Part shown: positions 49,219-59,077 of the stretch, one piece after another
Layout: each line of letters starts with the position of its first letter
Position numbering within the stretch: position 1 is the stretch's first letter
Source of the DNA: a virus
Strand: one strand, 5' to 3'
Virus record (IMG/VR): IMGVR_UViG_3300031857_000082
Span: 1-64,000 of that record
DNA: 64,000 nucleotides
Program-made: the position numbers and the translations under genes
Notes under the pieces: generated by a model
Database searches by the model: none
What the model was told of the DNA's origin: nothing
What the model saw: only the letters and a program-made list of their open reading frames with translations

Positions 49219-49516
49219 TGTTATCTGCTTCTTTAAATCTTGGCAAAGCATTAAATTCAAACTCTTTAATAGTGTTTATTGAATTAATGTATATTTGAAG
49301 TAGCCCTTGACCAGGGGTAGCGGGATCAAATAAAGCCTTAGATTCTAATTCTGCATATTCTTTAATTTTTTCTGATATGAATGTCTTTATCTTACTAACA
49401 ATATCTTGATCTTCATAATATAACTCCATTAGATGACCATATTGAAACAAGAATATAACTTCATCTTCATCTGTTAATATAACAGGTCCTTGTTGAGATG
49501 GTAGTATTTTATACAT
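49208..49516 (-). CDS. hypothetical protein
   Basis: AAAGG RBS, preceded by a TATAAT box. Confidence 0.7.
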   Translation of the reverse strand: MYKILPSQQGPVILTDEDEVIFLFQYGHLMELYYEDQDIVSKIKTFISEKIKEYAELESKALFDPATPGQGLLQIYINSINTIKEFEFNALPRFKEADNNGQ

Positions 49517-49537
49517 TAGTGCCTTTCTTTTGTATTA

Positions 49538-50731
49538 TTATACCGCTGATAGGGTAAAGTTGTCAAGAGAGGTGGCCTGGCTTACATTTGAGTCGCCTCT
49601 AGGTCCAAGCATAAGTCCGTGCCTAGTTCCTCTATTTGGATTAGTTGCTACATAATTTTGTACCCATGAACTTCCAGTATTATCATCATTGGCATACGCT
49701 CGTAGTGTAACGGTGTTTCCAGATGTGCTTACTGAAATATTTGCGGGTATCCAGGTATTATCATTTACAGTATATGTATTAATTGTAGCAACACTATTAT
49801 TAACTGAATTTATTAATTTTATTTTTTGTGAATATGAATATGATGTTCCAGTAGTAGCGGAGTTGCTTAATAAACAAGTTGTTCCACTTAGTGTTCCACC
49901 ATTAGGACATGAATATGATGTTGTTGGCGGACTTGTAACAGCAGGTATATAAGAAGTACTTGAATAACAATTTCCATATCCATCATAAGCCACTGTTCCA
50001 ACATTACATGCACCAGTTCCTCCCAATTTACCTTGACTTCCGCATGGTCCAAAACTTTGATTATATGAGCCGCTTCCTCCAGCCGTTATACATACCCCAG
50101 AAGCAATATATGATGAGGATGTACAACTGTTTAATCTAATAAAATCTCTTGGGCCTGTTCCACCATTTGAACAAGAAGTTGATCCTGGTATTGATGTAGC
50201 AGTAGCAGCGTAATCATAAACACAAGTTGGTGTTCCTTGACCACTTTGTAAAGCCTGTCCATTAAATGTTGAGGCACATGTATAAGTTGTTGTTCCAGTT
50301 AAAATAACGTCATTGTAAGCAGCCCACCAGTTTGTTGCATCAACAATCCAAAACGCAATTCCAGCACCATATTTGCCAGATGCTTGAGAAGTTCCAGTTG
50401 GATTTATTGTTGTTCCTATTTGTACATTTTGTGTACTAAAGTCAACGTCTATCATTGGATAAGATGCAGCAGATGTGGCACTTTCAACCCTGTTAGTATT
50501 AATTGACCAAGACCCATCAGTTTGTGTCCAAGTATAATCTGTATCTGGAACATTTCCTAGGCTTGCACTATTTGCTCTATCAAAATTATCAGATATTGAA
50601 GAAGTATAAACTGTTTGCCATGTTCCATTAACTTTTGCAAATACTTGTTTTGCTGTAGTCCATGAATTAGAAGTTTTTATAAAAGGTGTTCCATTAGACC
50701 AGGAGCCATTATTTTTTGCATTTATTGGCAT
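49538..50731 (-). CDS. fibre/receptor-binding protein: lectin-like beta-sandwich with Cys-rich insertion
   Basis: KVNGTWQ fibre N-terminal motif; DNFDRAN...LDNFT sandwich ends; 10 Cys in the central insert. Confidence 0.65.
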   Translation of the reverse strand: MPINAKNNGSWSNGTPFIKTSNSWTTAKQVFAKVNGTWQTVYTSSISDNFDRANSASLGNVPDTDYTWTQTDGSWSINTNRVESATSAASYPMIDVDFSTQNVQIGTTINPTGTSQASGKYGAGIAFWIVDATNWWAAYNDVILTGTTTYTCASTFNGQALQSGQGTPTCVYDYAATATSIPGSTSCSNGGTGPRDFIRLNSCTSSSYIASGVCITAGGSGSYNQSFGPCGSQGKLGGTGACNVGTVAYDGYGNCYSSTSYIPAVTSPPTTSYSCPNGGTLSGTTCLLSNSATTGTSYSYSQKIKLINSVNNSVATINTYTVNDNTWIPANISVSTSGNTVTLRAYANDDNTGSSWVQNYVATNPNRGTRHGLMLGPRGDSNVSQATSLDNFTLSAV

Positions 50732-50739
50732 ATTATCTC

Positions 50740-51273
50740 CTAGTATTTAACCCAGATATCACCATTATTACCATCACCAGATGTTGGTGTAGATGTTGAT
50801 ACTGTTATATTTCTTACCCTCGATGTTAATGCTTGTTCTCCTTGCATTATTATACTTGTTGCTTGACCAGAAAATCTTCCAGCAAAGTCTATTAATGATA
50901 TTGTTGTGGCACTTGAATTTTTAAATTCTATTAAGTTTGCACTTTGACTTGCTGCTGCTGTAATGCTAATAGGCACAACAGATGCAGAAGATGGAAGCAT
51001 TACGTTGGCACCAGTTTTAGTTAAAAGATTAGCAGTGTTTGGCAAAGTTGTTAATGTTGATTCTATTGAGTCAAGTCTAGACTCATGACCTTCAAAAGCA
51101 CCTACTACTCCAAGAGGTGATCCAGAAGAAGGAGTCCAATTAGATACACCAAAATGGTAGGCACGAAATGCTTCAGTAATATCAGCAGTATCGCTTAAAT
51201 CTGGAACTAAGGAATCAAACTTAGATTCAACACTTCCAGTTGAACCAGTAAGTTCTCTTAAACTCCTAGCCAT
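50740..51273 (-). CDS. tail fibre segment/adaptor
   Basis: AAASQSANLIEFKNS fibre repeat; C-terminal PTSGDGNNGDIWVKY. Confidence 0.65.
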   Translation of the reverse strand: MARSLRELTGSTGSVESKFDSLVPDLSDTADITEAFRAYHFGVSNWTPSSGSPLGVVGAFEGHESRLDSIESTLTTLPNTANLLTKTGANVMLPSSASVVPISITAAASQSANLIEFKNSSATTISLIDFAGRFSGQATSIIMQGEQALTSRVRNITVSTSTPTSGDGNNGDIWVKY

Positions 51274-51283
51274 CTCTTACCTC

Positions 51284-53788
51284 CTATCCATTTGTAGTAG
51301 TTGTAGAAGCACCTGAATTATCTTGATATGCTGTTGTCGCAGCAGTACCAACAAAATTTCCGAATGCTCTCATTCCACTACATGTATTTGTTATTTGAAT
51401 TCCGTATAAAGCCACATTTGCATTTTCTTTAAATCCTCTATTTGCAATAATTGATGTATTTGTTGTTGAGTCACTTATGTATATAAATCTATGGGTATTG
51501 TTTGTAGCCTGAGAAACATCTTTTATAACATTGTTAGATAACATCAAAGCAGAACTATTTGTTCTTACATCAATACCGTCATTTCCTATATTTTCTAATC
51601 TATTTGCATTTATTGTTCCATCTACTACTGTTGTAAATGCAATTCCATCTACCCCAAAATTTTTAACATGGTTGTCATTAACTGTTACCCCATCATAATT
51701 TACAACATATATTCCCATATGTCCAGATGTAGAATTTACACCTTCAACTTGATTTCCAGTTATAATAAGGTTTTTACATTGTTGAGCACTGCTAACTCTA
51801 TCAGTAGTATCAAATCCAGCACCAATACCTGCATAACAATTTTTAATTATATTGTTTGAAATTATTGTGTCATCATGTGTAACATCAAGTCTTATTGCGT
51901 ATTCTGTCATAGAGTCAAATGTATTGCCAATCATTTTTATATTTGTATGTTTTACTCCAGAGGTATAAGAATGTGATCCTATCCCTGTTGGCCATGATGT
52001 TGTGCCAGCAGTTCCTGAAGGCCCAAAATAGCAATTTTCTATTACAACATCTGTGCAAGGAGTATTGTCATAAGATCCAAACGCACCAAATACTGATGAA
52101 CTTTTTGCAAGATCAATTTGAACAGCCTCTGAAAATCCTCTACTTCCAGTATCTTTAAAACCAACAAATCTACAATTTGATATTCTTACATTTTTACTAG
52201 AGTTAATTTCAATAGCATGATATCCACCAACATTTGATACTGTTAAATCTTGAATAATAATATTTGATCCATGGCCTATACTTATACCCATTGCTGGTGT
52301 TGAAGGAAATGCTGTTCCTCTACATTCCCAAATTCCACCAATTATTTTTATATCTGTTTGTCCAGCATATCCTGAATAAGATGCTCCAGCCAATCCATTT
52401 ATAATCATGTTTGAATTATGATTTCTAAACATAACTGCTTTTTGAGATAGTAATAATGTTGTTCCTGTATAAATTTCTAATCTACTTCCTAGGTTATAAG
52501 TACCAGTAGGAATATATACAGTTCCACCTCCAGCATCTCTTGCAGCATTTAGTGCATTTTGAATTTTTGTTGCAGAGTCGCCTTCTCCAGCAGCAACGCC
52601 ATAATCTCTTACTACATCGTAAAAATTACTTGCTTTTTGATTTACTGATGCTGATGAGGCACCAAGATCTTCATAGGTAACGCCGTCATTTGTAAATTGC
52701 CACTTGTCAGATCCTTCGTTCCATAAAATAGAAACGTTATTTGAAGATCCTCTTTCAACCTCTATGCCAGCATTTTCTGTGGGTGTAGCACTAGCAGAAT
52801 AATTCAAAGTAATAAAATTATCTTCTACCATTAACTCTGTAGTATTTATTTGTAAAGTATTACCTGATACATATAGTGATCCATCTATATTTAAATTTCC
52901 TATAACACTTGCTGATCCCAATACAGAAATATTTCCTGGGGTAATAATATTATTTGGTAATCCAACTGAGGCTGTATTATTAAAAACACCTACTTCTATT
53001 TCATTATCAGTTCCTATAATTGTTAAAAGTCCATTATTTGTTAATGTTATTAATCCATTGCTGTCATTATAAGAAGCACTTATTCCATTATGAGATCCAG
53101 AAAAAGAATTTGCTATTTCATCTTGAACTTGTTCTTGTGTATAGTTTATAATTTTTATCCATGCATTATTATGAGAATAATACATTGATCCTGTACCGCT
53201 CACATATGCCCACTTACCAGTATTAGATGAGGCTGATGGTAGTGCACCTTCGTTAGCATATGTTGTTATGCTGACGTTACTATAATCAATTCCAGTTACA
53301 GCAATGCTTAGAGCATTTCCAGCATCGTTATAAACCACTGATGCACCTGTGTGAGTTCCTGCAGCAAATAATGCTGCAACTGTATCTTGAACTTCTTCTG
53401 TAGTTAAAACATTGTCTGATGAAAATAAAAGTCTGTTATTAGCGTCATCATAAGTTACTGTAAAGCCTGTATGATATGCATGGTTAAATAATGGCACTGC
53501 TGCGTCTTGTACTTGCTCTGTAGATATTGGAACAGTATCTCCAGCAGGACCTTGTGGCCCAGTAGAACCAGTTTGTCCTTGAGGTATTACAAAATTTAAT
53601 ATTGCATTTGTTAATGATCCAGCATTATAAACAGATGCTGATGTTCCAAAAGGAACAGTTGCAACAGTTCCAACTTGAACTGTTCCTGCATTTCCTTGTG
53701 CACCAATATCAACAGATAAATCTATTACATCTGGTGGACCAAATATTGTTAAGTTATCATCATCGTAGATTACGTCTACTACAGCCAT
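51284..53788 (-). CDS. tailspike/depolymerase with right-handed beta-helix (pectate-lyase-like)
   Basis: Short collagen GXY run, three EQVQD..F..H.G....Y.D repeats, NAGIEVERG, then DVVRDYGVAAG..IQNAL..GGGTVYIPTGTY and beta-helix rungs. Confidence 0.85.
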   Translation of the reverse strand: MAVVDVIYDDDNLTIFGPPDVIDLSVDIGAQGNAGTVQVGTVATVPFGTSASVYNAGSLTNAILNFVIPQGQTGSTGPQGPAGDTVPISTEQVQDAAVPLFNHAYHTGFTVTYDDANNRLLFSSDNVLTTEEVQDTVAALFAAGTHTGASVVYNDAGNALSIAVTGIDYSNVSITTYANEGALPSASSNTGKWAYVSGTGSMYYSHNNAWIKIINYTQEQVQDEIANSFSGSHNGISASYNDSNGLITLTNNGLLTIIGTDNEIEVGVFNNTASVGLPNNIITPGNISVLGSASVIGNLNIDGSLYVSGNTLQINTTELMVEDNFITLNYSASATPTENAGIEVERGSSNNVSILWNEGSDKWQFTNDGVTYEDLGASSASVNQKASNFYDVVRDYGVAAGEGDSATKIQNALNAARDAGGGTVYIPTGTYNLGSRLEIYTGTTLLLSQKAVMFRNHNSNMIINGLAGASYSGYAGQTDIKIIGGIWECRGTAFPSTPAMGISIGHGSNIIIQDLTVSNVGGYHAIEINSSKNVRISNCRFVGFKDTGSRGFSEAVQIDLAKSSSVFGAFGSYDNTPCTDVVIENCYFGPSGTAGTTSWPTGIGSHSYTSGVKHTNIKMIGNTFDSMTEYAIRLDVTHDDTIISNNIIKNCYAGIGAGFDTTDRVSSAQQCKNLIITGNQVEGVNSTSGHMGIYVVNYDGVTVNDNHVKNFGVDGIAFTTVVDGTINANRLENIGNDGIDVRTNSSALMLSNNVIKDVSQATNNTHRFIYISDSTTNTSIIANRGFKENANVALYGIQITNTCSGMRAFGNFVGTAATTAYQDNSGASTTTTNG

Positions 53789-54150
53789 TAGACCCTACCA
53801 GTGATGTCATCTGTTACTGATAGATTTCCAGTTAGCAGAGTATAAATAGATGAGGCACCGCCACCTAGATTCTTTCTAATTTCTACGTCATAAACATATG
53901 TTCCTGATGCTGCTAGTGCACCACCAGTTGTAGGATCAATTGCTACAGCAATAGTTCCAGCGTTTGAATCAACAGTAACTGCTTTTTCTGCAATTTTTGT
54001 TCCTGTTATTCCACGTGCTGTTGATACTGTAAATAGTCCTGAAAAGTTTGTTAAATCAAAGGCTACGCCATTTGCATTTTTTGGGCTAATTAAAAATTCG
54101 TATGAATCCCCACGGTAGTAGGTTATATTATATGTTGATGGAAATGCCAT
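53788..54150 (-). CDS. BppU-N-like baseplate/fibre attachment protein
   Basis: YRGDSY..FDLT...YVYDVEI...LLTG. Confidence 0.7.
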   Translation of the reverse strand: MAFPSTYNITYYRGDSYEFLISPKNANGVAFDLTNFSGLFTVSTARGITGTKIAEKAVTVDSNAGTIAVAIDPTTGGALAASGTYVYDVEIRKNLGGGASSIYTLLTGNLSVTDDITGRV

Positions 54151-54176
54151 TATTGATCACCCTTTTTATTATATCA

Positions 54177-54455
54177 CTAAGGAGTTATTTCTACCCCTGA
54201 AAAATGGAAAGCACAAGATGTTCCAGTAAAACTTACTTGTTGATTTGCTGGGACTACTTGTTTTAAATCTAGAATTACTGTATCATTTGCTGGAATAACA
54301 GTTGAGGTAGTTACAGAAACTCCATTTATTGATATTGAATAAGTTTGTTGAGAAGCACTAGTATTTGATATTACAATGCTATTAATAAGAATTTTGTTAG
54401 TAGGAGTAAAGTTTCCTGCAGTACTTCTATAAAATACTTGTAAATCAGTTGCCAT
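54177..54455 (-). CDS. small beta protein, divergent member of the 110-aa 'B' family
   Basis: INSIVISNT, IPANDT, FHFSGVEIT align with the B-family pattern. Confidence 0.7.
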   Translation of the reverse strand: MATDLQVFYRSTAGNFTPTNKILINSIVISNTSASQQTYSISINGVSVTTSTVIPANDTVILDLKQVVPANQQVSFTGTSCAFHFSGVEITP

Positions 54456-54481
54456 TGTTCACCTCTATTGATTATAGCATT

Positions 54482-55351
54482 TTAGATATAATAACGAATT
54501 ACACATAATCCACTACCGCCCGATCCGCCACTGCCTGTAGGAACTCCTCCACCGCCACCACCACCAGTGTTTGCAGTTCCATTACTTCCAGATCCTCCAG
54601 CACCAGAGCCACCACTTGTTCCACCACCACCTGCTCCACCGCCACCAATTGCTCTTCCTAATAATGTAACTCCTGCTGCACCAGTTCCTTGTGTTCCTGC
54701 TGCAATAATACTTCCTCCACCACCTGCTGTAGCATTAACATCTCCAGGTGATCCACCACCATTAAAACCTATTCCTAATTCCATTGTTCCTTGATTATTT
54801 CCTTGATAGTTTTGTGTTGGATTTGCGTCACTTCTAGAAGATCCAGACCCTCCACCACTTGCAACCTTATGTCCATATCCACCACATGGATGTCCACCTC
54901 CACCTCCACCTACTACTACATATCCATGATTTGAAAAGTTAGCACTTCCTGTTGCTTTAAAAGATGAAGTATTTCCAGATCTACCCCAAAGTTCAGGATT
55001 GCAATCTCCACCATATCCATTACCACTACCACCACTTCCTATTGCTATTGTCCAACTAGAACTATATCCAACATAAACCCAACCATAAAAAATTTGTGCA
55101 CCACCACCTCCACCACCCTTTCTATTACCACTACCAGATGAACTACCACCTCCACCGCCTCCGCCAGCAACTAATAATAACTCTACAAAGTCAACACCGT
55201 TAGGTCTTGTCCATGAATTAGATCCAGTGAATGCTTGTTCAACAAATTGTTTTCCAGCATTAGCATTACGATAGGCTACGGCATCAAAACCAGGGGTAGT
55301 AGAATAATCTTTACCATAAATATTACTTGTAGTTGCTCTATATACAGCCAT
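54482..55351 (-). CDS. glycine-rich (polyglycine-II) adhesin-like protein C0
   Basis: LLVAGGGGGG...ANTGGGGGG...GGSGLCVIRY. Confidence 0.8.
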   Translation of the reverse strand: MAVYRATTSNIYGKDYSTTPGFDAVAYRNANAGKQFVEQAFTGSNSWTRPNGVDFVELLLVAGGGGGGGSSSGSGNRKGGGGGGAQIFYGWVYVGYSSSWTIAIGSGGSGNGYGGDCNPELWGRSGNTSSFKATGSANFSNHGYVVVGGGGGGHPCGGYGHKVASGGGSGSSRSDANPTQNYQGNNQGTMELGIGFNGGGSPGDVNATAGGGGSIIAAGTQGTGAAGVTLLGRAIGGGGAGGGGTSGGSGAGGSGSNGTANTGGGGGGGVPTGSGGSGGSGLCVIRYYI

Positions 55352-55370
55352 AGTTTAATTATACTTCATT

Positions 55371-55406
55371 AAGAAATGGGGGATATTAATTTTTATACCC
55401 CCCAAT
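55371..55406 (-). terminator. intrinsic terminator
   Basis: TGGGGG...CCCCCA stem followed by TTTCTT. Confidence 0.6.
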
Positions 55407-55412
55407 TTTGAA

Positions 55413-55778
55413 TTATTCGGAAACTACTAGTTCCCATTCACCTTTGTTGTCATTCCAAATGTAGCGATCTTCGCCCTCTGGATATGCAACTGGTGCTTCC
55501 CATTGACAGGTATCTTCATTTAATACCCATTTACTATAAGGTTTTGGTGGAATAAAAGCATCTCTGCCTTCATCATATGTGTAACCAATTCCTGCATAGT
55601 TTTTACGAATATTTCCGTTATAAGATGTTTGTTTCCAAGTACCGCCTAGAAGAGTGTTGCAGAATGCAGCACCAACTGCTTCTGATTCATTACCTTCGGC
55701 ATCTTTGCAATCGTTGTTGTCAACAACAATTACTCTTTGAACAATTCCATCTGCATTTATCTCTGCAAAATGTGCCAT
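55413..55778 (-). CDS. fibre-associated protein (possible assembly chaperone), MAHFAE-type
   Basis: MAHFAEI..WKQTSYN..RKNYAGIGYTYD...DAFIPPKPY..W; strong AGGAGG RBS. Confidence 0.7.
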   Translation of the reverse strand: MAHFAEINADGIVQRVIVVDNNDCKDAEGNESEAVGAAFCNTLLGGTWKQTSYNGNIRKNYAGIGYTYDEGRDAFIPPKPYSKWVLNEDTCQWEAPVAYPEGEDRYIWNDNKGEWELVVSE

Positions 55779-55805
55779 ATTTATTACCTCCTTTTATATT
55801 ATATC

Positions 55806-56651
55806 CTATGCAATTCTATATCTTAAAATTACTATTCCACTACCGCCATTGCCTCCAGGAGCACCACCGTTTTGTCCAGATCCTCCACCGCCACCACCAG
55901 TATTTGTTTGACCAGCACCTCCAGCAGTTGTTGTAGCACCAGTTGCACCATTTCCTCCACCACCAGTTCCTCCAGCAGCACCAGTTGGACCGCCACCTCC
56001 ACCTCCACCTGCATATCTTGTAGATGTTCCAGATATTGATGATAAAAATCCAATTCCACCAGTTCCACCAACACTTCCTGTAGAAGCAGTTCCTACTGCA
56101 CCTCCACCACCACCTCCAGCACCAGAAATTATACTTGTAGTATTGTTAGAGCCTCCAGCAAAACCTTGTCCTGATATTCCAGCACCTCCAGTTTGAACTG
56201 CTCCACTATTTGGTCCACCAGCACCTCCACCAGATCCACCAAGTCTTCCAGATTTAGTTAATCCACCTCCACCTCCACCACCAGTTGTACTAATTCCAAA
56301 AGCAGATGAAGAAACACCGTCTGCACCAGTAACACCACCAGATAAACCTACAGCACCTCCACCAATTACAACTGAGTTAGATGATGATCCAGAAAGTGAT
56401 GTATTTCCAGAGATAACTCCACCACCTCCACCGCCACCACCTTGATCTGATCCTCCAGCACCCCCACCTGCAACAATTAAATATTCAACAGTTCCAGTTC
56501 CAGAGGTAGTAGAAAAAGTTCCAGATGATGTAAATGTATGGCATCTATATGTAATTCCACTTTCAACATAATCATTAACTGAGTTTCCTCCAACTCCAAC
56601 TAAAAATTGACTTGGATTTTTATTAATACTATTTAATGAACTAATTGGCAT
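55806..56651 (-). CDS. glycine-rich adhesin-like protein C1
   Basis: HTFTSSGTF, YLIVAGGGAGG, YAGGGGG, NTGGGGGG, GGSGIVILRY. Confidence 0.85.
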   Translation of the reverse strand: MPISSLNSINKNPSQFLVGVGGNSVNDYVESGITYRCHTFTSSGTFSTTSGTGTVEYLIVAGGGAGGSDQGGGGGGGGVISGNTSLSGSSSNSVVIGGGAVGLSGGVTGADGVSSSAFGISTTGGGGGGGLTKSGRLGGSGGGAGGPNSGAVQTGGAGISGQGFAGGSNNTTSIISGAGGGGGGAVGTASTGSVGGTGGIGFLSSISGTSTRYAGGGGGGGPTGAAGGTGGGGNGATGATTTAGGAGQTNTGGGGGGSGQNGGAPGGNGGSGIVILRYRIA

Positions 56652-56983
56652 TATGCTGTTACCTCCGCATATGATAAATTAAAACTTACACTACCGCTTG
56701 AAGACCATACCGACAAAACATCGGAGGCATCCATGGTTATTCCATGTCCAAATTCTACTGTGTCATTTGCAGTAATCATTAAACCAAAGAATAAGTAATG
56801 TTGGTCAGCAATTGATGCACCATCTGGCCTTACTGCTACACGAATTGATGCAGATGTTGCACCTAAATTACATGCATGAATATTTGAAATTACAGCCTGA
56901 GTATCAGCAGGAACTGTATATAAAGTTGAAAGTGTTTGTGCAGCAGGTTCTAACTGTGCAGGTGACTTATAAGTTGTTGCCAT
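56651..56983 (-). CDS. 110-aa module protein B1
   Basis: PAA.T..TLYTVP..TQAV.S.I..CN family. Confidence 0.85.
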   Translation of the reverse strand: MATTYKSPAQLEPAAQTLSTLYTVPADTQAVISNIHACNLGATSASIRVAVRPDGASIADQHYLFFGLMITANDTVEFGHGITMDASDVLSVWSSSGSVSFNLSYAEVTA

Positions 56984-57204
56984 TATTTAAACGCTCCAAA
57001 GAAAGAATTAAATCCACCTTCTGCAGTAGATCCTACGTCTATCCATTCATTACCATTATAAGCCTTTAATAAATGTGTATTTGCATTTGTTGTATCTACC
57101 CAAAGTTGTCCAGTAGTTGGACTTGAGGGTGCAGAAGTACCATAATGAATATCTTTTTCAAAATTAGTTAATGCTTTATCTGCTAGATCTCTGGCTTTAC
57201 TCAT
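56983..57204 (-). CDS. short adaptor protein A1
   Basis: MSKARDLA N-terminus; APSSPTTGQLWVDT..LKAYNG.EW. Confidence 0.8.
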   Translation of the reverse strand: MSKARDLADKALTNFEKDIHYGTSAPSSPTTGQLWVDTTNANTHLLKAYNGNEWIDVGSTAEGGFNSFFGAFK

Positions 57205-58166
57205 ATTAGATACCTAATTATTACTATTCCACTACCGCCATTTCCTCCACCACCTGTTGAAATTGCCATTCCACCGCCACCGCCACCAGTATTTTCTGTT
57301 CCATTTATTGCTGTAACATAATTTCCACTAACATAACCACCAGCACCTCCACCACCTAATCCACCAGAACTTCTTGTTGCACCACCATTTTGTTGTCCAC
57401 CTCCTCCACCTCCTGCATAAAATACTGATGTTCCACTTATTGATGATTGAAGTCCAACCCCTCCATTTCCAGGATTTCCACTAGTTGCAGTAACTCCAAT
57501 AGCACCAGCACCTCCACCACCTCCTGCAACATATGCATACGTATTATATGGAAAACCATTACCACCAATATTTCCTTGACCAGCAGTTGCTGATCCTCCT
57601 TGTCCAGCGGTTGTGGAAGATGTACCTCCTCCACCACCAGATCCTCCAGAAGTTCCATTTAAATATGTGTTTCCAGTACCAGTATATGCACCACCTGTGC
57701 CTCCGCCAATTGCAGTTAATGAATTAAATGAAGAATTTGTGCCGTTAGTTCCAATTGTAGATGTTCCTCCTGGTGCTGTATTTCCTCCAGCACCGACAAC
57801 AATTGAATATGTTCCAGGATTAATAATAGTACTTCCTTGAATTAAACCTCCTGCTCCACCGCCTCCAGCACCTCCACCTCCACCGCCACCTGCAACAATT
57901 AAATAATCAATACTGGTTTGTCTATTTACAATAAAAGTTCCACCACTTAAAAAAGTATGAATTTTATATCCACCAACCGTAGTTATGTTTCCACCAGTTG
58001 CTTTATTAATTAAAGAAGTTTGAAACAATTCAGAATATGATTTTCCTTGTGATAATTGTGTGGAAAAATCTGATGTTGTTAGTCCACTATTTATTAAAGA
58101 TTGAATCTGTCCATATGTTAATCTATTTGTATTATTATTTGAAGCATTACTACTATTAATTGCCAT
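57201..58166 (-). CDS. glycine-rich adhesin-like protein C2
   Basis: ATGGNITT..YKIHTF, YLIVAGGGGGG, GGSGIVIIRY. Confidence 0.85.
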   Translation of the reverse strand: MAINSSNASNNNTNRLTYGQIQSLINSGLTTSDFSTQLSQGKSYSELFQTSLINKATGGNITTVGGYKIHTFLSGGTFIVNRQTSIDYLIVAGGGGGGGAGGGGAGGLIQGSTIINPGTYSIVVGAGGNTAPGGTSTIGTNGTNSSFNSLTAIGGGTGGAYTGTGNTYLNGTSGGSGGGGGTSSTTAGQGGSATAGQGNIGGNGFPYNTYAYVAGGGGGAGAIGVTATSGNPGNGGVGLQSSISGTSVFYAGGGGGGQQNGGATRSSGGLGGGGAGGYVSGNYVTAINGTENTGGGGGGMAISTGGGGNGGSGIVIIRYLI

Positions 58167-58498
58167 TATGCAATCTCCATTTTAAAAGCATTAAATGCTA
58201 CCGAAGCAGTACTTGCAAATACGGACAATACGTCCTGTGCTCCCATCGTTATACCTTGGGTAAATGCTACAGTTTCATTACCTGCAATAGTTGCATTAAA
58301 AACAATATAATTAGCATTTGTAATTGAGACACCATTTGGCACTACCGCAATTCTGTAGGTTGCATCTGTAGATGCTGTATTGCAAACATTAATTGTTGAA
58401 ACAACAGCCTGTGTAGAAACAGGAACTGTATAAAGCGTTGTAAGGGTGTTTGCCGCTGGCAAAACATAAGAAGGTGATTTAATTGTTTCTGTAGCCAT
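58166..58498 (-). CDS. 110-aa module protein B2
   Basis: Paralog of B1, B3 and B4. Confidence 0.85.
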   Translation of the reverse strand: MATETIKSPSYVLPAANTLTTLYTVPVSTQAVVSTINVCNTASTDATYRIAVVPNGVSITNANYIVFNATIAGNETVAFTQGITMGAQDVLSVFASTASVAFNAFKMEIA

Positions 58499-59074
58499 TT
58501 AAGCCCCCATAAGCAAGAAGTGAGTCTTTAATCCCCCACCACCGCCTGCACCTGACATTATAATCCACTCATTACCATTATACACTTTTAATATTGGAGT
58601 GGCTGGTTCTGTAGTATCAACCCATAACTGTCCTAGTAAAGGAGAAGTCGGGGTAGTTGAAGAATATACAATATCTCTTTCAAAATTTGCACTAGCACTA
58701 GTAGATAAATATTTTGCATCACTTTGTTCTTGAGTATATACATTTGCAATAGAAAGAGATTTTAAAGAAATAATTTCAATTACACTACCCGCCCCAATTG
58801 AGGCAAGTCCTGTAATGCTTGTGCCATTTGAGGCGGTATAGTCAGAATTTCTAACCAATAAAATTCCATTTAAAAATACTTGTTCATATCCTGGAGAATA
58901 AGAAAGATTAAGACCATTATCATCATATCCAAATAATGTTGTTTCTCCACCTGTGGCAATTTTTTGCCATCTTGTGGAATTAATAAGATTATTTTGTGCG
59001 TTTAAAGGAAGCCAATTTGTACCATTCCATGCATACATTGCTTTTCCTGTATTTAGTATTGATGCTGATGCCAT
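58499..59074 (-). CDS. long adaptor protein A2
   Basis: EQVFLNGILL..DYTASNGTS domain plus C-terminal GQLWVDT..LKVYNG module. Confidence 0.8.
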   Translation of the reverse strand: MASASILNTGKAMYAWNGTNWLPLNAQNNLINSTRWQKIATGGETTLFGYDDNGLNLSYSPGYEQVFLNGILLVRNSDYTASNGTSITGLASIGAGSVIEIISLKSLSIANVYTQEQSDAKYLSTSASANFERDIVYSSTTPTSPLLGQLWVDTTEPATPILKVYNGNEWIIMSGAGGGGGLKTHFLLMGA

Positions 59075-59077
59075 TTA

